A DNA stretch of 64,000 nucleotides from Polyangiaceae bacterium. GTDB lineage: Bacteria > Myxococcota_A > Polyangia > Polyangiales > Polyangiaceae. A program made the position numbers and the translations under genes. The notes below the pieces were generated by a model. That model saw only the letters and a list, made by a program, of their open reading frames with translations. It made no database searches and was not told where the DNA came from. The stretch spans positions 319,577 through 383,576 of the forward strand of contig JBNKBE010000003.1 in the NCBI GenBank assembly GCA_050287085.1, in the 5' to 3' direction. Positions 17,417 through 27,265 of the stretch are shown here, one piece after another (the stretch's first letter is position 1; every line of letters begins with the position of its first letter).

Positions 17417-18161
17417 GTTCTATCTCCCTTTTGTCAGCTTTCTCAGAGCCGCGACTAACTGTTCGCGGCTCCTCCGGCGGCGTACCCATAACGTCGCGTT
17501 GTGTTGCCTCGGGCAACTCATCGAGTACCTTGATGTCCGCAGCGTTTCTAACCACCAAGAGCAACCGTCCGTACTGTTCGGCTGTGGCCAGCCGCTGGCT
17601 CTGCTGCGGATCCACGCTCACGACCACCTGCCCTGCCGCTCGCGTTGACACTTTGGCGTCCATCTGACCGCCCACCGCGAGCACAAGAATGTCCTGCAAC
17701 AAGGTCCGCGTGGACGTGGTTTCGCCGTCCGTGAAGAGCACATCCACGCGATCGCCTGGACGCAAGAGGCCATCGAAGGTGCCCGCGCTACGCAGCGGGA
17801 AGGCCCGCTTTCCCTCTTGTACGGTGCTGCTCAGATCCCGGCCCGAGCGCCCCAAAGCGGCCACGTCACTCCACAAGATCGGCTCATTGGCGTCGATCCG
17901 CGTGTTGAGACGAACGCCGACCACGCGTTTGACGGCCTCCGCTCGAATGTGGCGCGCGCCCACAAACGCTTGCGGAATGCTTCTTTGCCCGAGATCGGCC
18001 TCCGTCAGGAGGTCGCCTGGCGCTAGATCGTGGGTCGCGATGAGCACGGACATAGGAGCCCCTCCCGCGGCTTCGTCCTCGACGTGAGCCAGATATAAAT
18101 GCCCTGCCGCGGCGCCTACGAGGGTCGCTGTAACAGCGGTAAAAAATGCGATCTTATTCAC
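17406..18161 (-). CDS. cpaB: Flp pilus assembly protein CpaB/RcpC (SAF domain)
   Basis: GTG 18161 after AAGGGGA; VLIATHDLAPG, EGKRAFPL, GLLRPGDRVDVL, LLQDILVLAVG, LLLVVRNAAD. Confidence 0.9.
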   Translation of the reverse strand: MNKIAFFTAVTATLVGAAAGHLYLAHVEDEAAGGAPMSVLIATHDLAPGDLLTEADLGQRSIPQAFVGARHIRAEAVKRVVGVRLNTRIDANEPILWSDVAALGRSGRDLSSTVQEGKRAFPLRSAGTFDGLLRPGDRVDVLFTDGETTSTRTLLQDILVLAVGGQMDAKVSTRAAGQVVVSVDPQQSQRLATAEQYGRLLLVVRNAADIKVLDELPEATQRDVMGTPPEEPRTVSRGSEKADKREIERVH

Positions 18162-18468
18162 TACGACTTCCCCTTGAGAGCTGTAGGAGGGCCCCTCTTG
18201 TAGCTCCGTGCCGCACAGCAAGATAGTCCAAATCATTGACCTCCAGGGTTTTTCCCGCGTTTTCCTGACCGCCAGGTACACCCCGAAGCGTCTCACCGTC
18301 TCACAGGCAAGGAGACATCGTGCGGTGCGATTTCCCGGGACAAGCAGCCCGCTCTGGCGCTACACAATCACCACGATGCAGGTCGGAGGTAGACATACGC
18401 CACGGAGGGACGGTAGACAACGCCCTGCGGCGGTTTCTCCAAACGGGGCGCCCGACGGGCCACGGGGG

Positions 18469-18741
18469 ATGGGCCAGCGGCTGTATGGAATGACCGTCGG
18501 CGTTTGCACGTCGAGCGCCATTGTTGGCCTCGCGCGCTGGGGTCGGCGACGGCGGCACGATGGGCTGCTAGGCAGCGGCCAAGGCCTGCACCGCGATGCT
18601 CAGGGCTCAGTCACCGTTGAATACACCATCATCTTGGTGCTCGTAGCACTCGTTGCCATGTTGCCGCTGATGTACCTCGCGGCGGCTATGGTGCAGTATT
18701 ATAAGGCCAATCGCATCGCGCTGATATTACCACTCCTCTAG
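18469..18741 (+). CDS. Flp/TadE-like minor pilin (start uncertain, 18469 or 18490)
   Basis: RDAQG/SVTVEYTIILVLVAL: class III signal with Gly at -1 and E5-Y6. Confidence 0.7.
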   Translation: MGQRLYGMTVGVCTSSAIVGLARWGRRRRHDGLLGSGQGLHRDAQGSVTVEYTIILVLVALVAMLPLMYLAAAMVQYYKANRIALILPLL

Positions 18742-18746
18742 GGTCA

Positions 18747-18783
18747 CACAACCATCGCGTCGTCACAACCATCGCGTCGTCAC
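18747..18783. repeat. Perfect 17-bp tandem duplication upstream of the major pilin
   Basis: cacaaccatcgcgtcgt x2 plus cac. Confidence 0.9.
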
Positions 18784-18958
18784 GTCCTTCGCGGACCGTC
18801 GTTGCGCCGCAGTTGGGGTTCACTCCAACGCTCGGGACAGTCAGAACCACCCACAGCAAGACTTCAACCCGGTTTGCACCGGGACGCGACGGGAGGACCT
18901 CGTCCTTGCGTCGCTCCAAACCACCCTTCGGGGTAAGACAGGGAAAGGGAATACACCA

Positions 18959-19183
18959 ATGTCGTTGATTCAAAAAGTTCGCAATATTAAGAACCTCGAG
19001 CTGAGCCGCGACGAGCGGGGGCTGTCCACCGTTGAGTACGTGATCCTGCTTGTGGTCATCGCCGCTCTCTGCGTCGCTGCTTGGCGCGCCCTGGGCAACG
19101 AAGTACAGGGCAAGCTGAACAGCGCGAAGGGGCAGATCAGCACAGAGACCAACATCGAGGGGGCGCAGGGCAACGTTGAGTAG
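18959..19183 (+). CDS. flp: Flp family type IVc major pilin
   Basis: RDERG/LSTVEYVILLVVIA...ALGNEV; 74 aa; purine-rich RBS GGGAAAGGGA. Confidence 0.92.
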   Translation: MSLIQKVRNIKNLELSRDERGLSTVEYVILLVVIAALCVAAWRALGNEVQGKLNSAKGQISTETNIEGAQGNVE

Positions 19184-19207
19184 CCTGTGACTCGAGCTGA
19201 GCTCGCG

Positions 19208-19247
19208 CACGGCACCTTACGCTTGATACCTCTTGTAAGGTGCCGTG
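19208..19247 (+). terminator. 13-bp perfect stem-loop after flp (attenuator or stabiliser)
   Basis: cacggcaccttac-N14-gtaaggtgccgtg. Confidence 0.55.
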
Positions 19248-19312
19248 AGCTGCGCGCCACCTAGGCGTCGAAGCTCGCGGGCGCTCGCCTGCTTCAAGGA
19301 AGGAAAGAATTC

Positions 19313-19825
19313 ATGTTGGCCGCTTGGGTAGCGCTGTTTGCCGCAGGCGCCTCTGCAGCTATCGACGCGCGCACGGGCAGGATCCCCAACTGGCTGACGC
19401 TGCCGCTCGTGCCTCTGGGAGTAGCACTTCAGGCTCTTGATTCGGGCTCTCGTGGGCTTCTTGCGGCGGGTCTCGGGGCCCTGTTGTGTTTCCTTGTGCC
19501 CTTCGTGATGTTCTGGAGCACGCGGGGCGCGGCCATCGGTGGCGGGGACGTCAAGCTTTTTGCTGGGCTCGGGGCGTTGCTTGGCCCGGGCATAGGATTG
19601 GAGGTCGAACTCGGCGCATTTGTTGCGCTGACCGTGCTAGCGCTCTTCGTGCTCACCTGGCGCGGTCTCTTGTGGCGCACGCTCAAGAACTCGTTCTGGC
19701 TCTTCGCCAATCGCTTCCTTCCCAAGGAGAAGCGTAGAACGCTGCAGTTGCAAGCGATGACGTCGCTCCGCATGGGTCCTGCCATCTTCATCTCCTGCGG
19801 CATCTCGCACTTCTTGCTGCGCTAG
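19313..19825 (+). CDS. cpaA: Prepilin peptidase CpaA/TadV (A24)
   Basis: Catalytic Asp motifs AIDARTGRIPNWLT and GGGDVKL; multiple TM segments. Confidence 0.93.
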   Translation: MLAAWVALFAAGASAAIDARTGRIPNWLTLPLVPLGVALQALDSGSRGLLAAGLGALLCFLVPFVMFWSTRGAAIGGGDVKLFAGLGALLGPGIGLEVELGAFVALTVLALFVLTWRGLLWRTLKNSFWLFANRFLPKEKRRTLQLQAMTSLRMGPAIFISCGISHFLLR

Positions 19826-19912
19826 CTGCCTGGCTCAGCTCAGACCCAGCGCAGGTCGCGCCCCAGCGCCCGTAGCGCCGAGTCCTCCCCTTTGGACCCA
19901 CGTTTTAGATCC

Positions 19913-20869
19913 ATGACGACCGAGTCGAGCTCCCCTAGCCGCTTCGCCTCCGAGCGTCTCGCCCAAAGCGAACGTGGCGCGGTCTACGTTGAATTCATCA
20001 TCGCGTTCATCCCGATGTTCATCTTCTTTCTCGGGATGCTCCAGCTAGCGTTCATGGAGTCTGGTCAGCTGATCGTAAGCATGGCCGCGCAGAAGGCGGT
20101 TCGAGCAGCTGTCGTCCAGTTGGACAATCCCAAAGTGTGTCTGAGCGGCGGCAGCCAAGAACGTCAGAATCCATTCTTGGGGAGCGGGGGCGCTACCGCC
20201 CCGGGCGCTGGCCGAACGAGTGGCAACGAGGTGATGGACAAGATCCGCGCAGCGGCCTACCTACCGCTCGCTACACTCGGTCCCCCAGCGCATTCCTACC
20301 CTTTCCTGGGCAACGTCCTCAGTGGTTTGAATTTTGCCGGAGAGCAGACAACCCGCATGTTGCTCGGCTACTTCGCCTACGGTCCTGGGGCAGCGGCGGT
20401 CTGGCTGATGGATGAAGTTGGCAATCTCGTTGAACCGGCAGCTCTTCGTGCGTCGCTCAGCGGTGACCACTTGATTACGGTCCACGTCCACTACGTCTTT
20501 CCGTGTATCGTACCGCTAGCTAGACACATCATGTGCCGTCCCCTCTACGACATGGTTGGGTTGAAGGAATCCGTGACCCGCCTCAAGGACCGCGCACAGA
20601 GCTTGTCTTTCAGCGAGATCATCGCCGATCCGGAAGACGTATGGGACGAGATGGAGTCAGGAGTCCAGCAGATAGAAGATCGCATGGACGACAGCAAGGA
20701 GCTCTATTCCAAGCTGAAGCGCGCTGAGACCCCCGCACTCATGATGCCCTGGGTATTCGGTGACATGCGATTCGTGGTCCTCGAGGCTGAGGCTGCACTT
20801 CCCAATCAGTGGGCGAGCTACGCTCACGATGCCATCAAGAAACGCTGCGGCGAAGAGGTCGCCCCATGA
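19913..20869 (+). CDS. TadE-like pseudopilin (long)
   Basis: SERG/AVYVEFIIAFIPMFIFFLGMLQLA...AAQKAVRAA. Confidence 0.85.
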   Translation: MTTESSSPSRFASERLAQSERGAVYVEFIIAFIPMFIFFLGMLQLAFMESGQLIVSMAAQKAVRAAVVQLDNPKVCLSGGSQERQNPFLGSGGATAPGAGRTSGNEVMDKIRAAAYLPLATLGPPAHSYPFLGNVLSGLNFAGEQTTRMLLGYFAYGPGAAAVWLMDEVGNLVEPAALRASLSGDHLITVHVHYVFPCIVPLARHIMCRPLYDMVGLKESVTRLKDRAQSLSFSEIIADPEDVWDEMESGVQQIEDRMDDSKELYSKLKRAETPALMMPWVFGDMRFVVLEAEAALPNQWASYAHDAIKKRCGEEVAP

Positions 20870-23400
20870 CAGGATGCGCCTCGAAGGCGCCTTCACAGGG
20901 TGACGTGTCAGGCCAAGGCGCATCGCTCTGGGGTAACCAGCAAGGCGCGATAATGGTCATGGGCTTGTTCATGGCCACGGTGCTTGTCGGCGCCTTGTAC
21001 TACGTGGTCGGGATTGGCGAAGCCGTCGCCCACCGCGAGGCCATGCAGGACGGCGCAGACGCCGCCGCACTTTCGGCGGCGATCACCATCGCCCGCGGCA
21101 TGAACGCGATCGTTCTGATCAACTTGGTGATGGCCGCGCTCGTGCTGATCATTCTGGTTCTCAAACTGATCGTCACCCTGCTCGGTATCGCCGCACTCAT
21201 CTTGGCCGGATGCTTCATGTTCGGTCTGGCTGCTACAGTCGGCGGCTGGGCCTACGAGGTCAATCAGGTAGCGAACGAAGTACAGAACATCGTCTTTCGG
21301 GCATTGGAGGTTTGCCACTACGCGGAATACGTCGTCAAGATCGTCACTCCGGCAGCTGCAGAAGTCGTCACCGTGACCGACTCAACGGCTCCTCCAGTGC
21401 AAATGGCGGTTGTACTTCCCGATCGCTGGACGCTGCCGGTCGAATCGGGTGACTACTCCAAGTTGTGCCGAAAGGCAGGTGAGTGGACTGGACAGCTCGT
21501 TGGCGAGCTCCTGCCATTGCCTCGCTTCGTGGTCAAGGCGCTGAAGAAGGGTGTGGGAGCTCTCGCCGAAAGCTTGAGCGAGTGGTTCTGCGGCGATGGC
21601 GGAGCACGTCCCCCTATGTCGGGCAGCCCGCCGAGCGTCAAGTACGATACCGACAAGGTGTTCCCCACATGGGCTGAGAACGACCGCTGCGAAGCGAAAC
21701 GCCTGGACGGAAGCGTCGAGTACGCCACCGCGCCCGGAGAAGGCAAGTGGGATATCGACTCGCCTCGTCCCTACAAGGCGGGCAGCACTTGTGACAACGC
21801 CGAGAAAACTCGACAGTCTATGTTGCCCCCCGAAGACCACTACGACGATCTCGACGCGATGTGCGAAGCCCCTTGCGATCGCAAGATCTACGAGTCGAAC
21901 CTGAGCAACGCGCGTCAGGAGTGCAATGCCGCCAAGCCCGCACACGGAAAAGAGCCGAAGGGCTACATGTACTCCACAGCGAGGTTCGTCGACGTCTACG
22001 AGTGGCACAAGCAGAGCAAAACGTTCTCATTGGTCGATACTGAGGTGAGCGACATCGACGTTCATGGTCGCCGCGAGGAGGCTCCCTCCGGCAACGGCAT
22101 CAACGCCGAAGCGCCACCGGCTTCGAACAATCCTTGCGCGAGATACTGGCTGACATTCGACCGTTTCAACAGGAAGTTGAAACCCTGGAACCTCGCTCCC
22201 AACTCGCCCAACGGGGAAATCCGACGTCCAGTTTGTGGTCCAGAACCGACGGGCATTCCGCAGGTGGACCCCAAGCGCCCCCCGATGCTTGAAGACGGTG
22301 CCCTGGTCAAGACCGACCCTTACACCGCGGTCCTGGACGTCTACTACTGTACGATCAAGGTTACCCAAGAACGCCAGATCTCGATGGACGGCCTGGGGGG
22401 CCTGGGCGGAAGTGTTCCCGGAGGCGAAGGAGAAGAACAGGGCGACGACAAGAAGGCCCCATTCTTCGTGGAAAAGGGATTGGAACAAGGGGCAGGCGCC
22501 TTTCAGGTCCGGTCGATCGCCATTGGAAAGGGTGCGCCAGGCGCCTGGGTAGACCGCGTGATCAACGTGGGCGCTTGGGGCAAACGACTCAAGTGGAGCG
22601 AACCCGGTTTGGACTTCGTCGAGGACCTCAAGCTCGGCAACTTCGCGCTCGCGCAAGCTGAGTTCTTCTTCGAGCCCCCCTCCGACAGCCAGGACGACCA
22701 TGCCTCCCGAGTTCGACGCGCGACGGACAAGGACAGCTGGAATTGGGAGATGGGTTGGCGTGCTCGCCTTGTCCCCTTCACCCTTCCTTCCAAGAAGGAC
22801 GATTCGGGCAAGCAGGGCCAGTCTTCCTCGCAACCCAACGCACGAGGTGGCGGTACGCCTCAACCCGGCACACGAGGCGGAGGTGCCCAGCCCCCGACCC
22901 AGCCGGGGCAATCCAGCGCTCAAGGTCCAGGGTCGACCGATAGCAACGCGCCACCGCCCCGAAGCCCTGCCGACTTCAGCCTCGACCCTTCGGTTTCCTC
23001 CCTGCTGCCGCCAGCAGGTGACTATACGAAAGCAGCGCTGAACCAGGCAAAGAGCGGTCTTCAGGAACAAGCGGGTGCCTTGCCCTGTGTTCCAGGTGCC
23101 AGTGTCGGCCTCTTCGGAACGAAGTGTTCACCCCTCCCCGGACTCCCCAATCCGGTAACCGGACTGGACAGACTGGACCCGTCGTCACTGCCTTCACCCC
23201 AGAGCCTGCTCGATTCCGGAACGTTCTCTTCCCAAGGCATCTCAAAAGCCGCTCAGAAACTCCTTCCGGAGAAATTCAGGTTCCCGCCCACGCCGGAAAC
23301 GCTCTGCGACATTGCAAAAGTGGCAGATGCCGACATCGGCAAGACCTGCGTGCAGGTGATCACGACCGTGGGCGACGTAGCCGCGCTCATCAATCATTGA
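20866..23400 (+). CDS. TadG-like large pilus-tip protein with Cys-rich insertion
   Basis: QQG/AIMVMGLFM (no E5), MQDGADAAALSAA, ARGMN; ATGA overlap with the upstream tadE; 844 aa. Confidence 0.8.
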   Translation: MTGCASKAPSQGDVSGQGASLWGNQQGAIMVMGLFMATVLVGALYYVVGIGEAVAHREAMQDGADAAALSAAITIARGMNAIVLINLVMAALVLIILVLKLIVTLLGIAALILAGCFMFGLAATVGGWAYEVNQVANEVQNIVFRALEVCHYAEYVVKIVTPAAAEVVTVTDSTAPPVQMAVVLPDRWTLPVESGDYSKLCRKAGEWTGQLVGELLPLPRFVVKALKKGVGALAESLSEWFCGDGGARPPMSGSPPSVKYDTDKVFPTWAENDRCEAKRLDGSVEYATAPGEGKWDIDSPRPYKAGSTCDNAEKTRQSMLPPEDHYDDLDAMCEAPCDRKIYESNLSNARQECNAAKPAHGKEPKGYMYSTARFVDVYEWHKQSKTFSLVDTEVSDIDVHGRREEAPSGNGINAEAPPASNNPCARYWLTFDRFNRKLKPWNLAPNSPNGEIRRPVCGPEPTGIPQVDPKRPPMLEDGALVKTDPYTAVLDVYYCTIKVTQERQISMDGLGGLGGSVPGGEGEEQGDDKKAPFFVEKGLEQGAGAFQVRSIAIGKGAPGAWVDRVINVGAWGKRLKWSEPGLDFVEDLKLGNFALAQAEFFFEPPSDSQDDHASRVRRATDKDSWNWEMGWRARLVPFTLPSKKDDSGKQGQSSSQPNARGGGTPQPGTRGGGAQPPTQPGQSSAQGPGSTDSNAPPPRSPADFSLDPSVSSLLPPAGDYTKAALNQAKSGLQEQAGALPCVPGASVGLFGTKCSPLPGLPNPVTGLDRLDPSSLPSPQSLLDSGTFSSQGISKAAQKLLPEKFRFPPTPETLCDIAKVADADIGKTCVQVITTVGDVAALINH

Positions 23401-23407
23401 GGATGTC

Positions 23408-24001
23408 ATGAACTACAGGCGCCGCGTTACCCCTCGTCGTTCCCCCGCACCCCGGGTCGGCGCCCAGCGTGGTGCCGCGATGGTCGAGGCTGTGATCATG
23501 CTTCCCTTCTTCATTCTGATCTACTTCGGCATTCACTACTGGGGCGCCCAGGAAATCGCGCGAACGCTCGCAAAGCAACACGCTCGGAGCTGCGCGTGGA
23601 CCTATTCAAACGACGCTTGCAAGGACACGGCCCGAGTGCAGAAGGTATGTGGCGACCGCGGACGCCTCCATTTTGGGCGACCTACCGACAGCGGGGGTGC
23701 TCCTGATTTGGAAAAAAGCGCGAGTGATCGAGTGAATCAGAAGACGGGTGGAGCCAATCTCCCATCTTCCGGTCGCAGCGGCAAGATCGGCGATTTCGCG
23801 GGCAAATGGCTCGATGAGGCTCTCGAGGCGCTGCTCGGCAAGAAGCGGACTCGAACCGCAAGCATCGACGTGCGCGCCCCCTCCCTCTTCGCCCAGAAGA
23901 GTACGCAGGTGTCGGGCTCCTATCGGCTGACGTGCAACCAAGAGCCGAAGACGATCCGACAACTCTTCAACGAGCTGTGGAAGAAGATAAGCCCCTTCTA
24001 G
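23408..24001 (+). CDS. TadE-like pseudopilin (short)
   Basis: AQRG/AAMVEAVIMLPFFILIYFGI...ARSCAW. Confidence 0.85.
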   Translation: MNYRRRVTPRRSPAPRVGAQRGAAMVEAVIMLPFFILIYFGIHYWGAQEIARTLAKQHARSCAWTYSNDACKDTARVQKVCGDRGRLHFGRPTDSGGAPDLEKSASDRVNQKTGGANLPSSGRSGKIGDFAGKWLDEALEALLGKKRTRTASIDVRAPSLFAQKSTQVSGSYRLTCNQEPKTIRQLFNELWKKISPF

Positions 24002-24030
24002 GACCTCAGACAGACCAGGCAGGCCGCGCG

Positions 24031-24951
24031 ATGGGAATAGTGAAGCGATACCTTGTACAACGATTGGACCGACCTTGGGTGAGAGTCGGTCTGCTTGCCT
24101 TGACGCTCACCGCAGTCTCGGTCCCCATCAGCTTGCGTATCGCACGGGCCCAGGCGGGCGCCGCGCTGGGCAACCTCGCCGAAAACGTCGCAAAGCTTGC
24201 CCCTCCCAACGCCGAAGGTGCTCGACAAGCGCTCGAGGTCAACGGCTTTCAACTCGGCATGCGAGTCGAATCATCGACGCTGAGCCCTGCTGAAGCGATC
24301 ACGTTCGCGACCGATGACTGTCGGCTGAGCGCCGGAATGCAGCGCGCGCCCCTCGACTTGAACGATACATTGCCTTCGCTGAAGGAGCAGTCGAATCCCA
24401 GCATCGCCAACGGCGCTGAGGGCGTGCTAGTAGAGGAAACAGGCCAGGGCACCGTGGTCGCCTGCATCGATACCAACGGCGTCGAGTGGCTCAGCCACGA
24501 CATGCTGGAGCGGTTGGAACGCTTCATGACCAACGGCGAACTCGCGGAGTTGGGGGTCGTTCGCTACTACCTGGTACGTCCCAGCTTGCACGGCTCGACG
24601 ATAGTACACATGTGGTCGGAGGGGCGTGCCCCCATTCTCAAGATGTTCCCAAAAGACGGAGATGTCCCAGGCACGGATCACGACTTCGTACCGCGAGTGG
24701 GAGGACAACGCATGCTGTCCGCCAAAGTAGCGACGAATTCTGTGCTGAGCTATCGGCACGAGGGCGAAAGCGTGGACGCTGTCTGGGAACGCCTTGACGC
24801 CCGCCTCGCCGAACGCGGCTTGCGCTCCCGGCCTGTTGGAGAGGGCGCACCAGGGAAACGCGCTTGGGTCGGCGACGGCTCGCGTGAAAGCTTGGTCACG
24901 GTACAGTCGGTCAAGGGCACGACCTACCTGAGCGTCTTTGATCTGCCCTAA
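24031..24951 (+). CDS. Hypothetical Tad-associated exported or membrane-anchored protein
   Basis: One N-terminal hydrophobic segment (VGLLALTLTAVSVPISL); last gene of the pilin operon; no recognised family motif. Confidence 0.65.
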   Translation: MGIVKRYLVQRLDRPWVRVGLLALTLTAVSVPISLRIARAQAGAALGNLAENVAKLAPPNAEGARQALEVNGFQLGMRVESSTLSPAEAITFATDDCRLSAGMQRAPLDLNDTLPSLKEQSNPSIANGAEGVLVEETGQGTVVACIDTNGVEWLSHDMLERLERFMTNGELAELGVVRYYLVRPSLHGSTIVHMWSEGRAPILKMFPKDGDVPGTDHDFVPRVGGQRMLSAKVATNSVLSYRHEGESVDAVWERLDARLAERGLRSRPVGEGAPGKRAWVGDGSRESLVTVQSVKGTTYLSVFDLP

Positions 24952-25007
24952 TCCGAGCACACCAATCGTGCGACACGGCCCTCGTGCAACGCGGCCCCGT
25001 CGTAGAC

Positions 25008-25451
25008 CTAGCGCTTGACGTCGGGCTTGCCAAAGCGCCGCGGAGGCGATGCCTCTCCCGCACCTGGTCCCGACGTCGCGCGACTTTCGTCGCTATCGAC
25101 CGAAGCCGGCTCGGCTGGAGCGCCAGCTCCGGCCGTCACGTCCCCCTTCGCCGCACCGCTTCCCGACATGGCACCCACCAACTCGTCAACGCTTCCCGCT
25201 CCCAGGGCCGACTGCACCGCTGGATCCGACAGCAGTGTACGCAGCTTGGCGGCCCCCTTCGCTCGGCCCTTCTCAAGAGCTTCAGGCAGTGACGGAAAGT
25301 CCAACCTGGGAGGCGGAGGCTGACTGCTCGTGCCGAGACTGCCAATCATGGCGCCCGCCTGCCTAGCAATGTCGACCAAGTACTCGTGAAAAACGATCGC
25401 GGCCCCTAGAGCAGCCGTGAAGACAGTCAGATTGATGGCGCTCTTGAACAT
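25008..25451 (-). CDS. Hypothetical small membrane-anchored protein
   Basis: ATG 25451 after AGGAG; N-terminal TM LTVFTAALGAAIVF. Confidence 0.6.
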   Translation of the reverse strand: MFKSAINLTVFTAALGAAIVFHEYLVDIARQAGAMIGSLGTSSQPPPPRLDFPSLPEALEKGRAKGAAKLRTLLSDPAVQSALGAGSVDELVGAMSGSGAAKGDVTAGAGAPAEPASVDSDESRATSGPGAGEASPPRRFGKPDVKR

Positions 25452-25765
25452 TGTTGCCGCTCCTCTCGACAGTCTCCATGATGGCCCTCTCGCCGCTGCC
25501 GCCGCAAGCACTGAGTATCACGCCAGCGTCTCACCGCACGGCCCAACGGCACGCCGGCGTGTCCGCCCCTACCGGCAACTGGGCCCCTACCGGCTGCGGG
25601 GAAAGCCGCGACGTTGACAGAACGCTCGTGTAGGGGCTTCGTCGCCAGTCGCCTGCCATACGGCCCCTTCCAGTTCGTTTGCGACCCTACGGGCACCGAG
25701 CCCACTGCCCGCTGCTTCGCGCCACGAGGCTGCGCCACCGCCATTTCTCCGCTAGGCTCGATGTC

Positions 25766-27265
25766 ATGGTCACCGCGCCCCTGCCCACCGGGGAGTTCGA
25801 AGAACTAGCAATCCTGATACGGGGCCACCACGCGCTCATTCACCTCGATGCTCGCGAACTGACGCGCGTCAGCCGGCTGCTTCACAGCCTAACGGCAGAG
25901 TTCGACATGCCATATTTCGAATGGGCACCGGGCGCGGGTCTCAAGCGCGGCGATCAAGCGATGGCTGTCTACGGCACAGAGCCGCTCAACCAAGCCCTAG
26001 CGCATATCGCCAGCAGCAATGTCGTGGCTCTGTATCACTTCAACATGGCGGGGGGATCGCTGGACGAACCACGAACCATTGCTCTTCTGCACCGCCTGAG
26101 TGAACTCTTCAGCCAACACAGCGGCGCGTTGGTGTTCACATTCGTTGACTCATTGCCCAAGGAGGTAGACGCGGCGCTCGCCCGCGTCGAACTCAAGGGC
26201 CCCAGCGCCAAGGAATACTACGAATACCTCAGCGGCATCGTGAAGGACATCCAGAGCCGGCAGCGCGTAGCGGTGCGGCTCAACAAGGCCCAGCTGCTGG
26301 AGCTACTGGGACACCTCAAGGGTCTGACCCTGATGGATGTTCGCCGCCTGATCACTGCGGCCATCATCGAGCGGGGGGCCCTCGACGAAGAAACGATTCG
26401 CCGCGTCATAGACGCCAAAGCGCGCAGCTTTGGGCAGAGCCCCGGCCTCGAATACTTTCCAGCGGAAAGCGACTTCAAGGGAATCGCGGGCATGCGTCGC
26501 CTGCGGTCATGGTTGGACAAGCGTCGACCGCTATTTGCCGATCCTGGACGGGCGAAGAAGTACGGCCTGACGCCACCTCGAGGACTGCTGCTGCTGGGTG
26601 TTCAGGGGTGTGGCAAGAGCACGGCGGCCAAAGCGGTGGCGACCGCCTTCCGTCTCCCCCTGCTTCGTCTGGACGCCGGCGGGCTCTACGACAAGTACGT
26701 CGGTGGTACAGAGAAAAACCTGGGACAAGCGCTGAGTACGGCCGAACGTCTCGCCCCCGTCGTGCTGTGGGTCGACGAAATCGAGAAGGCCCTGAGCCGC
26801 GGTGGTGATAGCGACGGCGGCACGTCCCAACGTGTATTGGGCACCTTCCTCACCTGGCTTGCCGAAAGCCAAGCGGGTGTCTTCGTTGTAGCAACGGCCA
26901 ATGACGTCACTCGCCTGCCCCCAGAACTACTCCGCAAGGGCCGATTCGATGAGATCTTCTTCGTCGATCTGCCTTCGACAGAGATTCGCCAAGAGGTATT
27001 CTCCGTTCATCTGTCCCGACGCGGACGCGACCCGGCGCAATTCGATCTGGAGCGACTGGGCGCTGCGTCCGACGGCTTCAGCGGCGGAGAAATCGAACAG
27101 GCTGTTGTGTCAGCTCTGTTCTCAGCATTCAACGCAGGTTCGGAGCTTAACACTGAACTCCTGCTAGCGGAGCTCCAAGACACCCGTCCGCTATCGATCA
27201 TCATGGGTGAACAGGTGCAGGCACTCCGCGCTTGGGCGGCGGCGCGCACTGTGGCAGCGGACTAG
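25766..27265 (+). CDS. AAA+ ATPase, Ycf46-like
   Basis: Walker A GVQGCGKS, Walker [40 protein letters not shown]-terminal [12 protein letters not shown]; degenerate N-terminal domain. Confidence 0.9.
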   Translation: MVTAPLPTGEFEELAILIRGHHALIHLDARELTRVSRLLHSLTAEFDMPYFEWAPGAGLKRGDQAMAVYGTEPLNQALAHIASSNVVALYHFNMAGGSLDEPRTIALLHRLSELFSQHSGALVFTFVDSLPKEVDAALARVELKGPSAKEYYEYLSGIVKDIQSRQRVAVRLNKAQLLELLGHLKGLTLMDVRRLITAAIIERGALDEETIRRVIDAKARSFGQSPGLEYFPAESDFKGIAGMRRLRSWLDKRRPLFADPGRAKKYGLTPPRGLLLLGVQGCGKSTAAKAVATAFRLPLLRLDAGGLYDKYVGGTEKNLGQALSTAERLAPVVLWVDEIEKALSRGGDSDGGTSQRVLGTFLTWLAESQAGVFVVATANDVTRLPPELLRKGRFDEIFFVDLPSTEIRQEVFSVHLSRRGRDPAQFDLERLGAASDGFSGGEIEQAVVSALFSAFNAGSELNTELLLAELQDTRPLSIIMGEQVQALRAWAAARTVAAD

